The position numbers were made by a program, and so were the translations under genes. Under the pieces are notes generated by a model. That model was given only the letters and a program-made list of their open reading frames with translations, made no database searches and had not been told where the DNA came from. 64,000 bases of DNA from an uncultured Candidatus Binatia bacterium (GTDB lineage Bacteria; Desulfobacterota; Binatia; UBA9968; CAXXLF01): positions 2,304,001 to 2,368,000 of the forward strand of contig OZ244621.1 in the NCBI GenBank assembly GCA_965218425.1, written 5' to 3'. Of this stretch, positions 62,748 to 64,000 are shown piece after piece (positions within the stretch are counted from its first letter, which is position 1; the number at the start of each line of letters is the position of its first letter).

Positions 62748-63671
62748 TTACTGGATCTTGCCAGCGTAGATGTCCATGACGGTTCTCAGTAACTTTAGCG
62801 CGTCGGACCGTGGCCGTTGGAAGGAATTTCTTCCGATGATGGACCCAAAGCCACCCCCATCCCGGATGGCCCGGACTTCTCCTAGAACGGCGCTGTCTTC
62901 GCCTTTGGGTCCTCCGGAAAAGATCAATATACGGCGTCCGTTAAAGGCGCTCTGTACCACATGACGGATTCGGTCTGCCAGGGTTTCGATGGGCACTTTA
63001 TTCTTGAGATAGATGTCCTGTGCAGCTTTTTGCTCGATATGGGTGGTTGGGGGTTTGACCTTGATGATGTGGGCTCCCATTTGAGCTGCAATTTGTGCCG
63101 CGTAAGCGGTCACGTCGATGGCGGTTTCGCCCTCTTTGCTTAGACCGGATCCCCTGGGATAAGACCATACAATCATTGCCAGACCTGCAGCCTTGGCCTC
63201 GGCTGCGATTTCACGAAGCGTACGGTACATCTCCAGGCGTTGCGAGGACCCGGGGTAGATGGTGTAACCGACACCCACGCAACCAAGCCTCTGGGCGTCC
63301 CTGACGCTGCCGGTGACGGCCTGATCGGGGTCCTTTTCCTCCATTAACGAGTCACGATTGTTGAGCTTTAGGATTAACGGTATCTCGCCGGCGAACTCTG
63401 CTGCTCCTCCCATCAGAAATCCAAGGGGAGCCGCGTAAGCGTTGCAGCCGGCGTCTATGGCCATCTCGAAGTGATAGTGAGGATCATAGGATGGCTCGTT
63501 GGGTGCGAAGCTCCTCCCCGGTCCATGCTCGAACCCCTGGTCCACGGGAAGTATCACCATTTTTCCAGTGCCACCCAAGGTCCCGTGGTTGAGCATCCGT
63601 GCGAGGTTGGTGAGCACGCCGGCGTTCTCTCCAGCATACCCGCCAAGAATTTCTCTTACTCGTGGTGTCAT
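62748..63671 (-). CDS. fbaB: Class I fructose-bisphosphate aldolase
   Basis: ILPVDQGFEHGP, YTIYPGS, WSYPRG, AHIIKVK (Schiff-base Lys), FSGG, GSIIGRN.FQR. Confidence 0.93.
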   Translation of the reverse strand: MTPRVREILGGYAGENAGVLTNLARMLNHGTLGGTGKMVILPVDQGFEHGPGRSFAPNEPSYDPHYHFEMAIDAGCNAYAAPLGFLMGGAAEFAGEIPLILKLNNRDSLMEEKDPDQAVTGSVRDAQRLGCVGVGYTIYPGSSQRLEMYRTLREIAAEAKAAGLAMIVWSYPRGSGLSKEGETAIDVTAYAAQIAAQMGAHIIKVKPPTTHIEQKAAQDIYLKNKVPIETLADRIRHVVQSAFNGRRILIFSGGPKGEDSAVLGEVRAIRDGGGFGSIIGRNSFQRPRSDALKLLRTVMDIYAGKIQ

Positions 63672-63743
63672 TCTCTACTCCTTCCCCGCCTGAGGCGGGC
63701 GCTTCTTGAGTCTTTAATTGCAATCTAAGTGCAATTTCTAATT

Positions 63744-64000
63744 TTATGAAAGGGTTTGTCCACTGCTGTCAAGTCCGCCCGTGGCCGCCTCATCCATCAT
63801 CCAGATTACGTTTCCTCCAGTCGGTTGAATAAGCTGGGCTGGGAGCCCTTCGAGATCCTTTGGTCCATTCAGTACCGCATGAAGGGCTTGAGCCTTATCA
63901 GCCCCCGCCACCAGGAAAAGGATCGTTTTCGCCCTATTGAGAATGGACGCCGTCATGGTAATTCGACTCGTGTTGAGCTTTGGGACGTGGTTTCGTGATA
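63744..64000 (-). CDS. pgl: 6-phosphogluconolactonase, C-terminal part (runs off window edge)
   Basis: RITMT..ILNRAKTILFLVAGADKA, LPAQLIQP, WMMDEAA. Confidence 0.88.
   Translation of the reverse strand, partial: SRNHVPKLNTSRITMTASILNRAKTILFLVAGADKAQALHAVLNGPKDLEGLPAQLIQPTGGNVIWMMDEAATGGLDSSGQTLS

Overview
Bacterial chromosomal window. Gene content (amidohydrolase-2, Bug/TctC, family-5 solute-binding proteins, CoxL-like subunit, rpmE-prfA-prmC-murA-his order) resembles Deltaproteobacteria/Ca. Binatia; this taxonomy is inference only. (1) 1-14.3 kb is a decaying defence/mobile zone. Its core is a type I restriction-modification operon with an AAA ATPase plus subtilase pair (IetA/IetS-like) nested and translationally coupled between hsdM and hsdS. 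It is followed by remnants of a tyrosine integrase, a PIN toxin, a HEPN toxin abutting a type III Res gene, and an internally deleted IS110 element. (2) 14.3-28.6 kb holds accessory catabolism and transport genes, including a visibly higher-GC block with an Opp/Dpp-like transporter, an orphan TRAP DctP, a BASS transporter and NIPSNAP. (3) 28.6-49.8 kb is housekeeping backbone (radC, moaC, trxB, hisF/A/H/B/D, murA, prmC, prfA, rpmE), with a ~9 kb accessory block splitting hisA from hisF. (4) 50.4-64 kb is an ion/osmotic-stress and sugar-metabolism cluster (SLC13-TrkA-C, cation-chloride cotransporter-like, pyk, MscS, decayed DHH phosphoesterase, YbbR-like remnant, glk, fbaB, pgl). Many genes are broken: some are clear multi-lesion pseudogenes, others have a single lesion that may be assembly error. 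No tRNA, rRNA or CRISPR array was recognised. All family assignments are by-eye motif recognition, not database searches.
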